A stretch of 64,000 nucleotides of DNA from Cyanophora paradoxa CCMP329 (Eukaryota; Plantae; Glaucophyta). The translations under genes were made by a program, and so were the position numbers. Positions 1 to 11,265 of this stretch are shown one piece after another. The notes under the pieces were generated by a model that saw only the letters and a list, made by a program, of their open reading frames with translations, had not been told where the DNA came from and ran no database searches. The DNA is taken from assembly GCA_004431415.1 (NCBI GenBank), contig QPMI01000062.1:124001-188000 (forward strand), in the 5' to 3' direction. The first letter of the stretch is position 1. The number at the start of each line of letters is the position of its first letter.

Positions 1-1258
1 CAGCTCCTCCTCCTCCTCGTCGTCCTCGTCGTCGGAGGAGGAGGAGAAGCGGCCGAAGGGGCGGCGGGAGGCGGGCGGCGAGGGGGCCGCCTACTCGAAG
101 CACGCGCCGCGGGACCTCTGGGGCCGGCCCCTCCCCGCGGGACCCGACGCCGCCTCGAGCGTCCCCTCGGACGACGACGAGAACCCCGTGCGGCGTCGCA
201 TCGCCGCCGGCCTCGCCCGCGCCGGCAAGAAGTCCCCCAAGAAGGCCGCCAAGCTCGGCCCCGCCGCCTGGGACCCCGAGCCCGAGCCCGGCCCCGCCTT
301 CTCCGTGCCCCCCGCCCCTCCCCCCCGCCCTCTTTCGCGCGCGCATGACCCGCCTCGCAGCGGGCGGAGGCGCTGGTGCGGGAGCGTGTGAAGGCGGGGC
401 CCGGGGCGCGCATGGCGAGCGGGGCGGAGGCGGAGCTGGCGTGGCGGAGCTACCTGAGCGAGCGGTACCCCGGGCAGCGGCTCGAGGGGGAGCCCGAGTT
501 CGAGTCCCTCGCCCTCGCCCGCCGCATGCGCGAGGTCCCCACCGCCGGCGCCCTCCGCCGCCCCGCCCCGCCGCCCCCGCCCGAGCCGCCCCGCCCCTAC
601 GAGCCGGGCGGCGCGACGCTCTGGGAGCGCGTGCGGCCGCGCCTCGCCGCCGAGGCCGACGCCGAGCTCGAGGCCGACGCCGCCGAGGGCGGCTTCGCCC
701 CGCCCGACCCCGCCCCCCGGCCCCGCGAGGACTTCTACGACGAGGGGCCCGAGGGGTACGGCGACGACCCCGGCGCCGCGTACCCCTACCCGGCACCCTA
801 CCCCAACCCCTACCCGGCCGCTCACGCCAACCCCTTCCTGGCCCCGACCTACGGCTACGCCCCGGCCCCGGGGGGGTACGCGGGCTACGAGGAGGGGTAC
901 GGGAACGGGGGCGGGGCGCTGGTGGTGGAGATGGAGCGGCCGGGGCGCGGGGAGCGGAGCGCGGGCGGCTGGAAGCAGTTCGAGCAGGCGCACCGGCACA
1001 CGCGCCACCACCACCACCACCACCACCACCACCACCACGCCGGTCACGCCGGCGCCTCCCTGCGCGCCAGGTGCCCCTCCCCGCCCCCGCCCGCTCCTCG
1101 TGGCGGGCCTGACGCCGGGCAGGCACGGGGAGAGCGCCGCGGGGGCAGGGATGACCGTGGAGGCGCGGCGCTCGCCGGCGGGACGCCAGCCGCTCGGCGA
1201 CACGTACGGCGGCGCGCAGTTCCGGCCCTGGGGCCGCACTGACCGCGTCTGGCTCTAG
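1..1258 (+). CDS. 3' part of an unknown low-complexity protein (Ser/Glu-rich, Pro/Tyr-rich, His11 run); 5' end lies outside the window
   Basis: GC3-rich open frames joined by GT-AG introns at ~305-360 and ~1071-1122. Spliced product ends ...QFRPWGRTDRVWL* (TAG 1256-1258). No recognisable domain. Confidence 0.6.
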
Positions 1259-1349
1259 CCCGTCGCCCCCCGCGCCTCGCTGTCCCTCGCTGATTCCTCT
1301 CTACAAGCGAACTTACAGCTTTGTCTTCGCGCGAGGGGCGGCGGGGCGG

Positions 1350-3149
1350 TCAGACGGGGCGGAGCGGGGCGCAGGTCGTGTCCGGGGCGGGGGGCGGGCA
1401 GGCGCCGCGGAAGACGCGCGAGTCGCGGGGCCCCGTGAGAGCCGCCAGCTGCAGCGGTCCCGGCGCCTGCGGCGCGGGGGCCCCCGACGAGGCGGGGGGC
1501 GCCACGAGATCCCCCTCCCAGTCCCGCGGCCTGGCCCGCCGTGAGCCGCGGGGGGCGGTGCGCGGAGGGGCACAAAGGGCGCGCCAGACGGGGACGGGCC
1601 AGCTGGAGAGCGTCTTCGTGTGCCTGCGCCCCCGCGCGCGTCGGCGGGGGGGGCGCGCGCGGGGGCAGAAGACTTGAGGCGCATACGCACCAGACGAGGA
1701 CCCTCCGCGTCGGGAGCTGCCGCACCTGCCCCGCGAGTCAGCTGAGCCAGTTTTCGCGGGATGCGGAGTTGGAGCGGGGGCGCGCCATGGATCCGGAGGC
1801 GTCGGGGGAGAGCTTGGCGAGGAAGCAGTCCTCCTGGCGCCAGTTCGGGCACTCCCACTCGAAGCGGACGCGCGGGCCGCCCCCGGGGCCCTGCGCCTCG
1901 AGGGCTCGCGAGGAGAAGGCGATGCCGGCCATGTCCACGCAGAAGCGGCGCCCGTCCTCGGGATTCCCCAGCCACGCCGCCAGCCGCCCCGCCCCATCAA
2001 ACACCGGGCCCTCGTACCTGGCCGTCGTGCACGCATCAGGCGCTGATTTCGCGCGGTTTTCGCGGAGTTTTGCGCGCGCGCCCGTGCGGCGAGAGGAGGC
2101 CGACGGGGAAGAGGGTGGCCCCCTGCGGGGCGGCGGGCACGTGCCGCCGCAGCAGATCGAAGAGCTCCGGTTCGTACGCGTTGTCGTCGTCTGCGGCGAG
2201 GCGCGAGTCGGACGCGTAAGCTTCGAGGCCGCAGACTCGCTTAAAGGACTCCGGGAGGCTGGGCTCGCGCGCGCCGGCGAAGTACACGACGCCCTCGACG
2301 GCCTCCCGGCGGCAGAACTCGCGGATCCAGTCCAGCGCCCAGTTACGCTGGTCCAGGCCCCTGTGCAAACGGTCCGGCACCAGCGGCCGCCGCGGCACCG
2401 CCTTGTACACCACCTGCGCACAGTCGTCCTCGGTCGCGATCTTTTTCGCGGGCTCGGGCCCTATGCCTGGCGCTCTAGCGCTGCAGCTGCAGGCGCCCAC
2501 GCCCGGCAGGGGGCCGCAGATACCCGAATGTTCCTGGTTTCTTTGGCGCTTCCGCCGAATGTTTCTGGGGCCGAGGGCCCGAGGGTCTCGTTCAGCCAGC
2601 GCATCGTGTGCGGGGACGTATCGTTGGCGTCTTCCACCACTATCCAGATCAGGTCTCGCGACAGCAGCAGCGCGTTCCGCGTCCGCACAAGGTCCGCACG
2701 CTGCGTGTCCCTGCGCATGCGAAAAATTAAACAGACGGCACGGCACGGCGGAATCAAAGCGTGTTTGAAACAGCTGCAGTCTGCGAAAAGGTTTTATGCA
2801 TAGTTGTTGTACAACGCAAAAATCTTCAGGCCGTGCGCAGCGCGCGGCGCGCCGCATGCGCGTACGCGTGCTAAATCTTGCAATTGATCTAGGTGCGCGA
2901 AAATCTTACTCACCGGTCGTACGTCGGCGTTATGACGAAGACCCACCGCTGCTGATCGGCCCTAGTCTCCAGCTGTAGACCGGGCCCGCCCCGCTGTTCC
3001 GCGGCCGCGGCTTGAACATGCTCGTCTGTTTTCGCGGCGGGTGATCTGAGCTTCAGGGCCGCGCTGATCACGCTGGTTCCGACGTACAACACGCTTAAGG
3101 CGCACAGGACGGCCACCACCGTGGTTAGCCGCGCGCGCTGCAGGTGCAT
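1350..3149 (-). CDS. Glycosyltransferase family 43 (GlcAT-I / IRX9-IRX14-like), type II membrane protein
   Basis: N-terminal TM segment (LTTVVAVLCALSVLYVG). GT43 motifs occur in order across exons: VFVITPTY-R, LIWIVVED, QRNWALDWIR, GVVYFA|DDDNAY, RYEGP, RFCVDMAG, VLVW|HTKT. The 3' end is approximate. Confidence 0.85.
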
Positions 3150-3169
3150 TTTCGTCTTTCTTTTCTTTT

Positions 3170-3970
3170 CGAATTCTCCTCTAGATCTAGCTCCCCGCGG
3201 CCGGCGGGCGCCCGGGCCGCGGCGCTCCCCGGCGGGCCCCGCTCTTGAGCTCGAGCTTTCTCCCTCGAGCCCCCTCTCGCCGAGTCGAGCTCTAGATCTA
3301 GATCTCTCGAGCTCAGCTAGCGCTCGCGAGTCGACATCGATATCGAGCTCTTCTTTCAATTTGAGCTCGAGCTGGCGATCGCGATCGAGTACTAATCATG
3401 ATCATGATCATGATCATAGAATTCGAATCTCCGATCCCTATAGCGCGCTAACTAGCCTATAGCTAGCCTTAGTAGGCCCTGAGGCCTGCAGCTGGCCATG
3501 GTCTGGGCCTCCGGATCCCCTCCCCCTCTCCCTCCCCCGGCCCTCCACCTTCGCCCCTTTAGTAGCGCTTGCCTAGGCCTGCAGCTGGGCCTCCCCCTCC
3601 CCCTCCCCCACCTCCCCCCCCCTTTCGCCCCTAGCCTCTTCTTTGCCCTCCTTCGAATTCGAAGCTCGGCGGCTTCGAATTCATGATCAAGGCTTCCGAT
3701 CCTGATCACTGCGTCATGATCATGATCATGATCACGCCGCGATATCTAGATCTAGAGCTCGAGTCAGCCGCGCTGATCATGCCGCGCGCGCGCAGTGAGC
3801 TAGCGCTGTTGGAGTCCCTATAGCCTGGCAGCTGCGGGCTTCTCAGAGTCTGCCACTGCGGCCAGGCTGAGGCCAGGCCCTGAGGAGCCTCGGAGCCTTG
3901 TCACATGTACAGTGTAGTCCCGGAGCCTTGTCACATGTACAGTGTACATGCATGGAGCTAGCTATAGGTC
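3170..3970. other. Non-coding tract built of overlapping 4-6 bp palindromes, including (TCATGA)n runs
   Basis: Examples: ctagatctag, gagctcgagct, gtcgacatcgatatcgagctc, tcatgatcatgatcatgatca (3396-3417 and 3714-3734), ttcgaattcgaa, gatatctagatctagagctcgag. Confidence 0.8.
3891..3950. repeat. 30-bp tandem duplication (2 copies)
   Basis: cggagccttgtcacatgtacagtgtagtcc followed by cggagccttgtcacatgtacagtgtacatg. Confidence 0.9.
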
Positions 3971-4490
3971 GAGTCCCCCGGCCCCCGGCCCCTAGGCCTC
4001 AGGGCCTGGGGCAAGCTTGACTCGCGATCGGCGAAAGGCACCGTGGCATTTGCAACTTTGGCAATTGGAAGCGGGTGGTAACATTCATTTCACAGAGATC
4101 CGACGTCGACAGACAGCGGATCGAAGACGTACACTAAGGCTAGCTATAGTTACATCACTGAGTCATGATCAAGAATCGATTAAGCTTTCACTGTACCTAC
4201 CTACTGGCGGGCGAATGCTTGCATTTACTTGCATTGGGGGCTGAAGAGCCCCGCAAAAGGGTCCTGCCTGCTTAACGTAATCGGAACGGGCACAATTCAA
4301 ACTACGGGCGCCGCTGAGCCGGGCGCCTGGGGCCTGTACACCTCTAGATCTACTTTGACTACTGCGGCAGAAACGAATGAAATGGAAACGTCTCCGGGGC
4401 CCCGAGGGGCGGGGGCCCCGGAGGAGGAGACTAGGAACTCTAGGGGCGGGGCCCGAAGGCGGGGCCCCGCCCCGGCTTGCTCTTGGGCCC

Positions 4491-6882
4491 TCAGGCGCCG
4501 AAGGCGTCGGGGTTCTCGAAGACGGCGCGGAGCTGGCGGGCGGTGGGCCGGCGCTTGGGGTCGGCCTGCCAGCACTGGTGGATCACCGTGCGCCAGTCCT
4601 TGGGCATCGCGTCCAGCGCCACCCGCGGCAGCGCGTTCGCGTCCGCCTGCGCGGCCGCCGAGGGCGAGCCCGGCGCCGGGGAGAGCGGCCGCGGCGCCGC
4701 CAGCGAGTCGCTCGAGAGCAGCCGCGAGGTCCGCGGCGCCTGCGGGATCGAGAGAGGGTTAGAGGGGGCCGGGCGAGGGAGGGCGAGAACGTTGACGGGG
4801 GCGGGGCCCGTGCCTGGCGCATGGCGATCTCGTAGAGGACGAAGCCGAACTGGAAGACGTCGGCGGGGGCGCTCCAGGCGGCCCGCCCCTCCGCGACCTC
4901 CGGCGGCACCTGCCGCGCCTCGGAGTCGCGGAGGCGGGCGATGCGGGGGCAGAGCTCCGAGGTGGCGTCGAGGGCGCGGGAGAAGGCGGAGAGCTTGGGG
5001 ACGTAGGCGCCGGGCTCGCCGGCGAGGAGGACGGCCGAGGAGGAGAGGCGGGTGTGGAGGACGGGGCCGCCGGGAAGGCCGTGGGCGTGCTCGAGGGCGC
5101 GGGCGACGCCGAGGGCGAGGCGCCGCTTCTCCTCCCACGAGAGCCGCTCCTCGGGCCGCTCGTGGAGCAGCGAGGCGAGCGTCCCGTGCGCCGCGTAGTC
5201 CATCACGTAGCGGCAGTGCGGCACCGACGCCAGCAGCACCCGCACCACGTTCTCGTGTTGCATCCGCCTGCGCGCGCGGAGCGAGCGCGTCAGCGGGCGC
5301 TCGAAGGGCGGGGGGGGGGGCCGGCCGCACCGGAGGACGGCGACCTCGTTCTGGATGAGGATCGAGTCGAAGCGCGTCTCCTTCATCGCGACGTGCGCCG
5401 TGGAGGGCGCCCCGTCCGGCCCCGCGATCGGCAGGTCCAGCTTGAACACGTACGAGTTGGGCGTCCGCTTCAGCAGCTTCGCCGCCGTGTAGTTCAGGCT
5501 CGAGATCGGGCTCTGCCCCGCGCGTCAGAGGCGCCAGGGGGCGGGGCAGGGCGGGGCGGGGCGGGGCGGGCGGACCGAGGAGGGCGTGAACTGGATCTGG
5601 CCGAGGACGGAGAGGAGGTCCCGCGCCGAGGGCCGGCGGGCCGGGTCCGGGTCCGTGCAGACCATGATGAGCTGCGCCCAGTCGTCGGGGGTGGAGTGGT
5701 GGATGCGCGGCCGCCCGTCCACGGTCGTCACGAGCTCGATGATGCGGTCGTCCTGGAACTCGAGCCAGGGGCTCTGGTGGTGCGCCAGCTCCCAGATGAT
5801 GATCCCCAGCGAGTAGATGTCCGCCGCCGTCGTGAAGGGCTGCTTCCGCATGATCTCCGGCGCCATGTAGCTGTACGTGCCGACGGGTGTCCCCTCGCGC
5901 GCCTTGATCGCCTCCCGGTCGCTCAGGTCGAGCGCCATGCTGAAGTCGATCAGCTGGTAGCGGCCCTCCTCCGTCAGCTGCCCCCCGCCCCGCGTCAGGT
6001 CGGACCCAGATCAAATCCGACTTCGGGGCGCACGAGGGCGTTCTCGCTCTTGACGTCGGAGTGGACGATGCCGCGCTCGTGGACGTAGGCGAGGCCGGCC
6101 GCCAGGTCCTTCGCGATCGCCCGCTTCTCCTCCCAGCTCAGCTTCCGCTTCTCCGTGTAGAGCACGTCGAAGAGGTCCTTCACGCCGTACTCCAGCAGGA
6201 TCGTCTGCTCCTCCATGCACGCCCCCAGGCACCGCCGGATGTTCGGGTGGTCCATCCGCCTGCGCGTCGAAGGGACGGGCCGGGTCAGCCGGCGGCGATG
6301 CGGCGCGGCGCGGCGCGGGGCGCGCGGCCGCACCGGAGGATGGCGAACTCGTTGCGCCAGCCGCAGCCGGGCGCGTCCTCCGTCACGGCCTTCTTGATGA
6401 TGCAGCGGCGGGCCGCCTTCTCCCCTGCGACGCGAAACGTCGCCGTGAGGACTCGGGCGGGGCGGGGCGGGGCTGGGCGGGGCGGGCGGGCGGACCGCTG
6501 GTGCTCTTGAGGGAGCCGAGGTAGATCTCGGCCTCGGCGCCGCGGCCGAGGAGCTTGTCGCGGATGATCTGGCTCCGGGGCACGAGCAGCACGTCGCGCG
6601 CCGTCGCCCGCACCGCGATCGGCCGCCTCAGCTCCACCGGCGCCTCGTCCACCTCCTGCTTCCGGTTCCGCGCCGTCGTCCCATCTGCAGCCCCGGCCCG
6701 CGTCGGCCGGCTGCGGCGGCACGCGGCGGGGCGGGGCGGGGCGGGGCGGGGCGGGGCGCACCCTTGACGGTCGTGAAGGCGGTGCGCAGGTTCCAGCGCG
6801 GGCGGTAGTCCTGGACTTTATTCTCGAAGTAGGAGATGATCGCGTGCACCGGCGAGGGCGGGTGGGGGAGCGCGGCGGCCAT
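4491..6882 (-). CDS. Tandem protein kinase + pseudokinase (TKL-like)
   Basis: Domain 1: LGRGAEAEIY, CIIKK, NEFAIL, VHSDVKSENAL, IDFS, GTYSYMAPE, DIYSLG, RRPSA. Domain 2: VAMK, NEVAVL, LHTRLSSSAVLL, SAFS, VPPE, DVFQFG, CWQADPKRRPTA. The exons join via short introns. Confidence 0.88.
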
Positions 6883-7287
6883 CGTGCTCGCTGGCGCGGG
6901 ATCTCGCTTGCTTCTGTTTAAGCGGGCTGCGCGGAGGCAAGCCGGGAGCTGCTGCTCCTAGGGGGGGGGCGTTGAAGCTACGTCGCAGCAAGCTGGTGTG
7001 AGAATGAGGTCGGGCCCAGCGCGCGCTGCTGGACCCTGCCACGTTTGCGCCGAGTCGGGAAGCGACGGGCGCGCGAGTGCGCGTTTTGACGCGCTGACTG
7101 GCAAGCGCGCGCCGCCATCGGTAGTGCCGCGCCGCGCCGATTAGATTCACTTGTCATCCGCGAAACGTTTCTCGTTGCGAATTGGCCCTGCACGCGAACG
7201 AAGCACTTCTCCCCCCCTCTCCCCCGAAGCAAGCCTCACGCGAGTCAGATGCGCTCGCGAGTCATTCTTGTCTTTGTCGACGCGCAG

Positions 7288-10200
7288 GTTCGCGTTCAAG
7301 GGCGAGGTTGAGATCACAGTCGACATCGCGGAGGCGACGGACACGATCCAGATGCACGCCGCGGAGCTGAAGGTCCACTCCGCGCACCTCATCGTGCGCC
7401 CCGCCGTCGCGCCCGCCGCCGCCGTTCGGAGCCGCGGCGCCCCCGCGCTGCGCGCCGGCGCTGAGGGCGGGCGGGGCAGACGAAGGACGGGGAGTGCATC
7501 AAGCCGGTGGTGGTGCGGGACATCGTGGCGAAGGACATCCTGAGCCTGGAGTTCACGGAGCAGGTCAAGGCCGGCAGGTACACGGTCGCCATCGCCTACG
7601 ACGGCTCCCTCAACGACCGCATGCACGGTCCGCCCTCGCGCCGCGCGCCCCACCCTCGCCTCCGTCTGAGAGCGCCGGCGCAGGCTTCTACCGCTCGAAG
7701 TACACGACGGCCTCCGGGGAGACGCGCTACGCCGGCTGCACGCAGTTCGAGGCGACCGACGCCCGCCGCGCCTTCCCCTGCTGGGACGAGCGTGCGCCGG
7801 CCCCGCGGCGGCGCGGCGCGGCGAGCGCTGACGGGCGGGGCGGGCGCAGCGCTGCTGAAGGCGACGTTCGACGTGACGATCCGGGCGCCGGCGAACCGCG
7901 TCGTCCTCTCCAACATGCCCGAGGCCTCCTCCCAGACGGCCCGCCCCGCCCCGCCCCGCCCCGCCCCGCCCCGGAGGCCCCCGACGCCCCCGGGGCCGGC
8001 CCGAGCGGCGGCGCGGCGTGCGGCTGACGGGCGGGGCGGGGCAGAACGCGGACGGGAGCCGGACGGTGGCGTTCCAGCGGACGCCGGTGATGTCGACGTA
8101 CCTGCTCGCGTGGGTCATCGGCGAGTTCGACTTCGTCGCGGGGACCACCAAGGAGGGCGTGTACATCCGCGTCTACACACCGGTAGCCCCTCCCCGCCCC
8201 GCGGGGGCGCCCCGTCTGAGGTGGCGGCAGGTGGGGAAGAAGGAGCAGGGGACGTTCGCGCTGGAGGTTGCCCTCAAGTCCCTCTCCTACTTCACCGAGT
8301 ACTTCGGCATCCCGTACCCCCTCGCCAAGCTCGACTGCGTCGCCATCCCCGACTTCGCGGCCGGCGCGATGGAGAACTGGGGCCTCGTCACCTACCGCGA
8401 GATCGCCCTCCTCATCGACGCCGCCAACTCCTCCGCCGCCCTCAAGATGCGCGTCGCCGAGGTGCCCGCGCCCCCCGCGATCGCTCGCTGGGCTCGGCGG
8501 GGCGGCGGGGGTGGCGAGCGGGCCGGGCCGGGGGCGTGCGGGCAGGTGGTGGCGCACGAGCTGGCGCACCAGTGGTTCGGGAACCTGGTGACGATGGAGT
8601 GGTGGACGCACCTCTGGCTGAACGAGGGCTTCGCCACCTGGGCCGCCAACCTCGCCGTCGACCACATCTACCCCGACTGGAACATGTGGCTCACCTTCCT
8701 CACCGGCAACGGCTCCCGCGCCCTCAGCCTCGACGCCCTCAAGAGCTCCCACCCCATCGAGGTCGAGGTCAAGTCCTCCGGCGAGATCAACGAGATCTTC
8801 GACGCCATCTCCGTGCGCCCCTCGCCCCTTTGCCACCCCCTCCTACCTTGCCCATGCCGACGCCTCCCGCCCTTGCTCCGACAGTACTCCAAGGGCGCCT
8901 GCGTCATCCGGTGCGGCCGGGGGCCCCGCCGACCCCTCCACCGGCCCCACCCCCAACGCTGACCCCGCCCCGCCCCGCAGCATGCTGGCCTCCTTCATGG
9001 GCTACGACAAGTTCCGCGACGTGCGCCCGCCCCGCCCCGCCCCGCCACCCGACGCCTGGGCCCCGGCCGACGCGGGGCGCGGGGGCGGGGGCGCAGGGCC
9101 TGCGCTCGTACCTGAAGGCCTTCGCGTACAAGAACGCCGTGACGGAGGACCTGTGGGCGGCGCTCGCGACCGCCTCGGGCCTCCCCATCCGCGACATCAT
9201 GGACTCGTGGACGAAGCAGACGGGCTACCCGATCCTGACCGTGGAGGAGACGAGCAGCGGGCTGCTGGACGCCATCACGGGCAAGCGGACCTTCGCGGTC
9301 GAGCAGAAGCGCTTCATCTCCACGGGGGAGCTCTCCGAGGAGGACGCGAAGCGGCTCTGGTGGGTCCCCATCGGGGTGACCACGGAGGAGGCGGCGAAGA
9401 AGGGCGAGGAGGTGCGCTACCAGGTCGTCCACGACCGCACGGGCGCCATCACCGCCTCCGTCTCCAAGGAGGGCTGGGTCAAGCTCAACGCGGGGCAGTC
9501 CGGCCTCTACCGCGTCAAGTACAGCGACGGCCTGCTGAAGGCCCTCGTGGCCCCCATCCGCTCCCTCGCCCTCCCCGCCGGCGACCGCCTCGGCCTCGTC
9601 ATGGACGTCGCCGCCGCCGCCAAGGCCCGCCAGGTCCCACGCCCCTCCTCCTCGAGGTGCTGCAGGGCTACACCGAGGAGAACGAGTACGCGGTGTGGAG
9701 TGAGCTGAGCGGGACGCTGGACGAGCTCTCGCTGCTGCTGGGGGAGGAGCCCTTCTACGACAAGTTCGAGGCCTTCGGGCGGGCCCTCTTCCGCCCCGCC
9801 TACCAGCGCCTCGGCTGGGAGCAGCGGCCCTCCGACTCCCACCTCACCGTCCTCCTCCGCTCCATCGGCGCGCCCCGCGCCCCGCCCCCCGGCCCTCGCC
9901 CCCCCCCCTCCTAACGCCCCGGGCAGTGCTGTCGAACATGGGCCACTTCGGGGACGAGGAGGTGATCGCCGAGGCGCGCAAGCGCTTCGCCGCCTTCCTC
10001 ACGGACCGCTCCTCCCTGCCCCCCGACTTCCGCTCCATCGTCCGCCCCCCGCCCCGCCCCGCTTTGCTTCGCTTCGCCCCGCCCCGCCTCGCGGGTGACG
10101 CGGCGGGCAGGTGTACAGCGTGCTGGTGATGCACGGGACGGAGGCGGACTACGAGGGCGTGCTCCGCGTCATGCGCGAGAGCGAGCTGCACGAGGAGAAG

Positions 10201-10301
10201 ATCCGCTGCCTCCGCGCCCTCGGCGCCGCCGAGCGCCCCGAGCTCATCAAGCGCACCCTCGACCTCTCCCTCTCCGACGAAGTCCGCTCCCAGGTCCGCC
10301 G

Positions 10302-10332
<31 letters not shown>

Positions 10333-10805
10333 TGGGCGCCTGGCGAGGCGGGGCGGGGCAGGACACGGTGTACGTGCTGGGGTCGCTGGCGGGAACCGGC
10401 TGGCGCGGGAGCCGATGTGGGACTTCCTGAAGGGCCGCTGGGCGACCCTGCACGAGCGCTACGGCAAGGGCGGCTTCCTCCTCTCCTCCATCGTCTCCGC
10501 CTGCACCAAGAACCACATCTCCCTCGCCAAGGCGCCCCCGGGCCCCGCCCCGCCCCGCCGCCCCGCCCCGCTGATCGCGGGGCGCGCAGGCGGAGGAGAT
10601 CCGCAAGTTCTTCGCCGAGCACCCCGTCGACAACGCCAAGCGCACCATCGAGCAGGCGCGCACGCCCCCCGCCCCCCGCGATGCCCCGCCCCGCCCCGCC
10701 TGACGCGGCTGCCGCCAGTCCCTGGAGCGGATTGCGACGAACAGCGCGTGGCTCGAGTCGCAGCGCGAGGGCATCAAGGCCTGGCTCGAGGCCAACGCGA
10801 AGTGA
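7288..10805 (+). CDS. M1 family zinc aminopeptidase (puromycin-sensitive aminopeptidase-like); first exon not identified
   Basis: [61 protein letters not shown] (HEXXH-18-E), [16 protein letters not shown]1-like C-terminus. Stop TGA at 10803-10805. Confidence 0.93.
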
Positions 10806-10965
10806 GGCCGCGCCCTGGCCCCTCGCCCGCCGTCCGCCCCCTCGCCCTTCCCTGCATGCGCATGCCGCGCCCTGCGGCGGCTTCTGTTGAATACATCAAA
10901 GCCGCGCCGGTCACCGAGGAGCGCTTGTCGCCACAGTTTTGCGTCGAAGCGCTTTAGAGCTAGAT

Positions 10966-11087
10966 CTAGTCCGACGTCGACGGTCCGCGCTTTCCGCGCC
11001 GGAGCAAGCGCTATAGCTATAGCTAGTCCGACGGTATACGCGGTACGGGTCCGCGCTTTCCGCGCCAGACTCTGAGAGCAAGCGCTA
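10966..11087. repeat. Degenerate ~55-65 bp direct repeat upstream of hemC (repeated at ~20539-20660)
   Basis: The three blocks ctagtccgacg, ggtccgcgctttccgcgcc and gagcaagcgcta each occur twice in the same order. Confidence 0.7.
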
Positions 11088-11265
11088 GTACTGGAGACCT
11101 GGTCGAGCGGTGCGGCGTTGCGAGCATACTTCGACAGACAATCGATGGCGCAGGCGTGCACGTGTCAGCGTGTGCGCGTGGCGAATTTGCAGTTTTGTCG
11201 GTCAAGCAGGGGTACGGCTGCCGAGGGGGGTACGTTCACCGAGATTCTTGCGGGCGCGGATCAAG

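Noticed and set aside
3170-3780. Cloning-vector polylinker contamination
   Set aside because: Sites are redundant and irregular, there is no vector backbone, and the same texture appears in several other intergenic regions.
10301-10332. Long pure poly-C/poly-G runs (also 33883-33904, 57448-57566, 60380-60500, 63910-63927)
   Set aside because: The duplicate of the first run (~19865-19904) reads as interrupted gcccc repeats, so pure runs are probably consensus errors.
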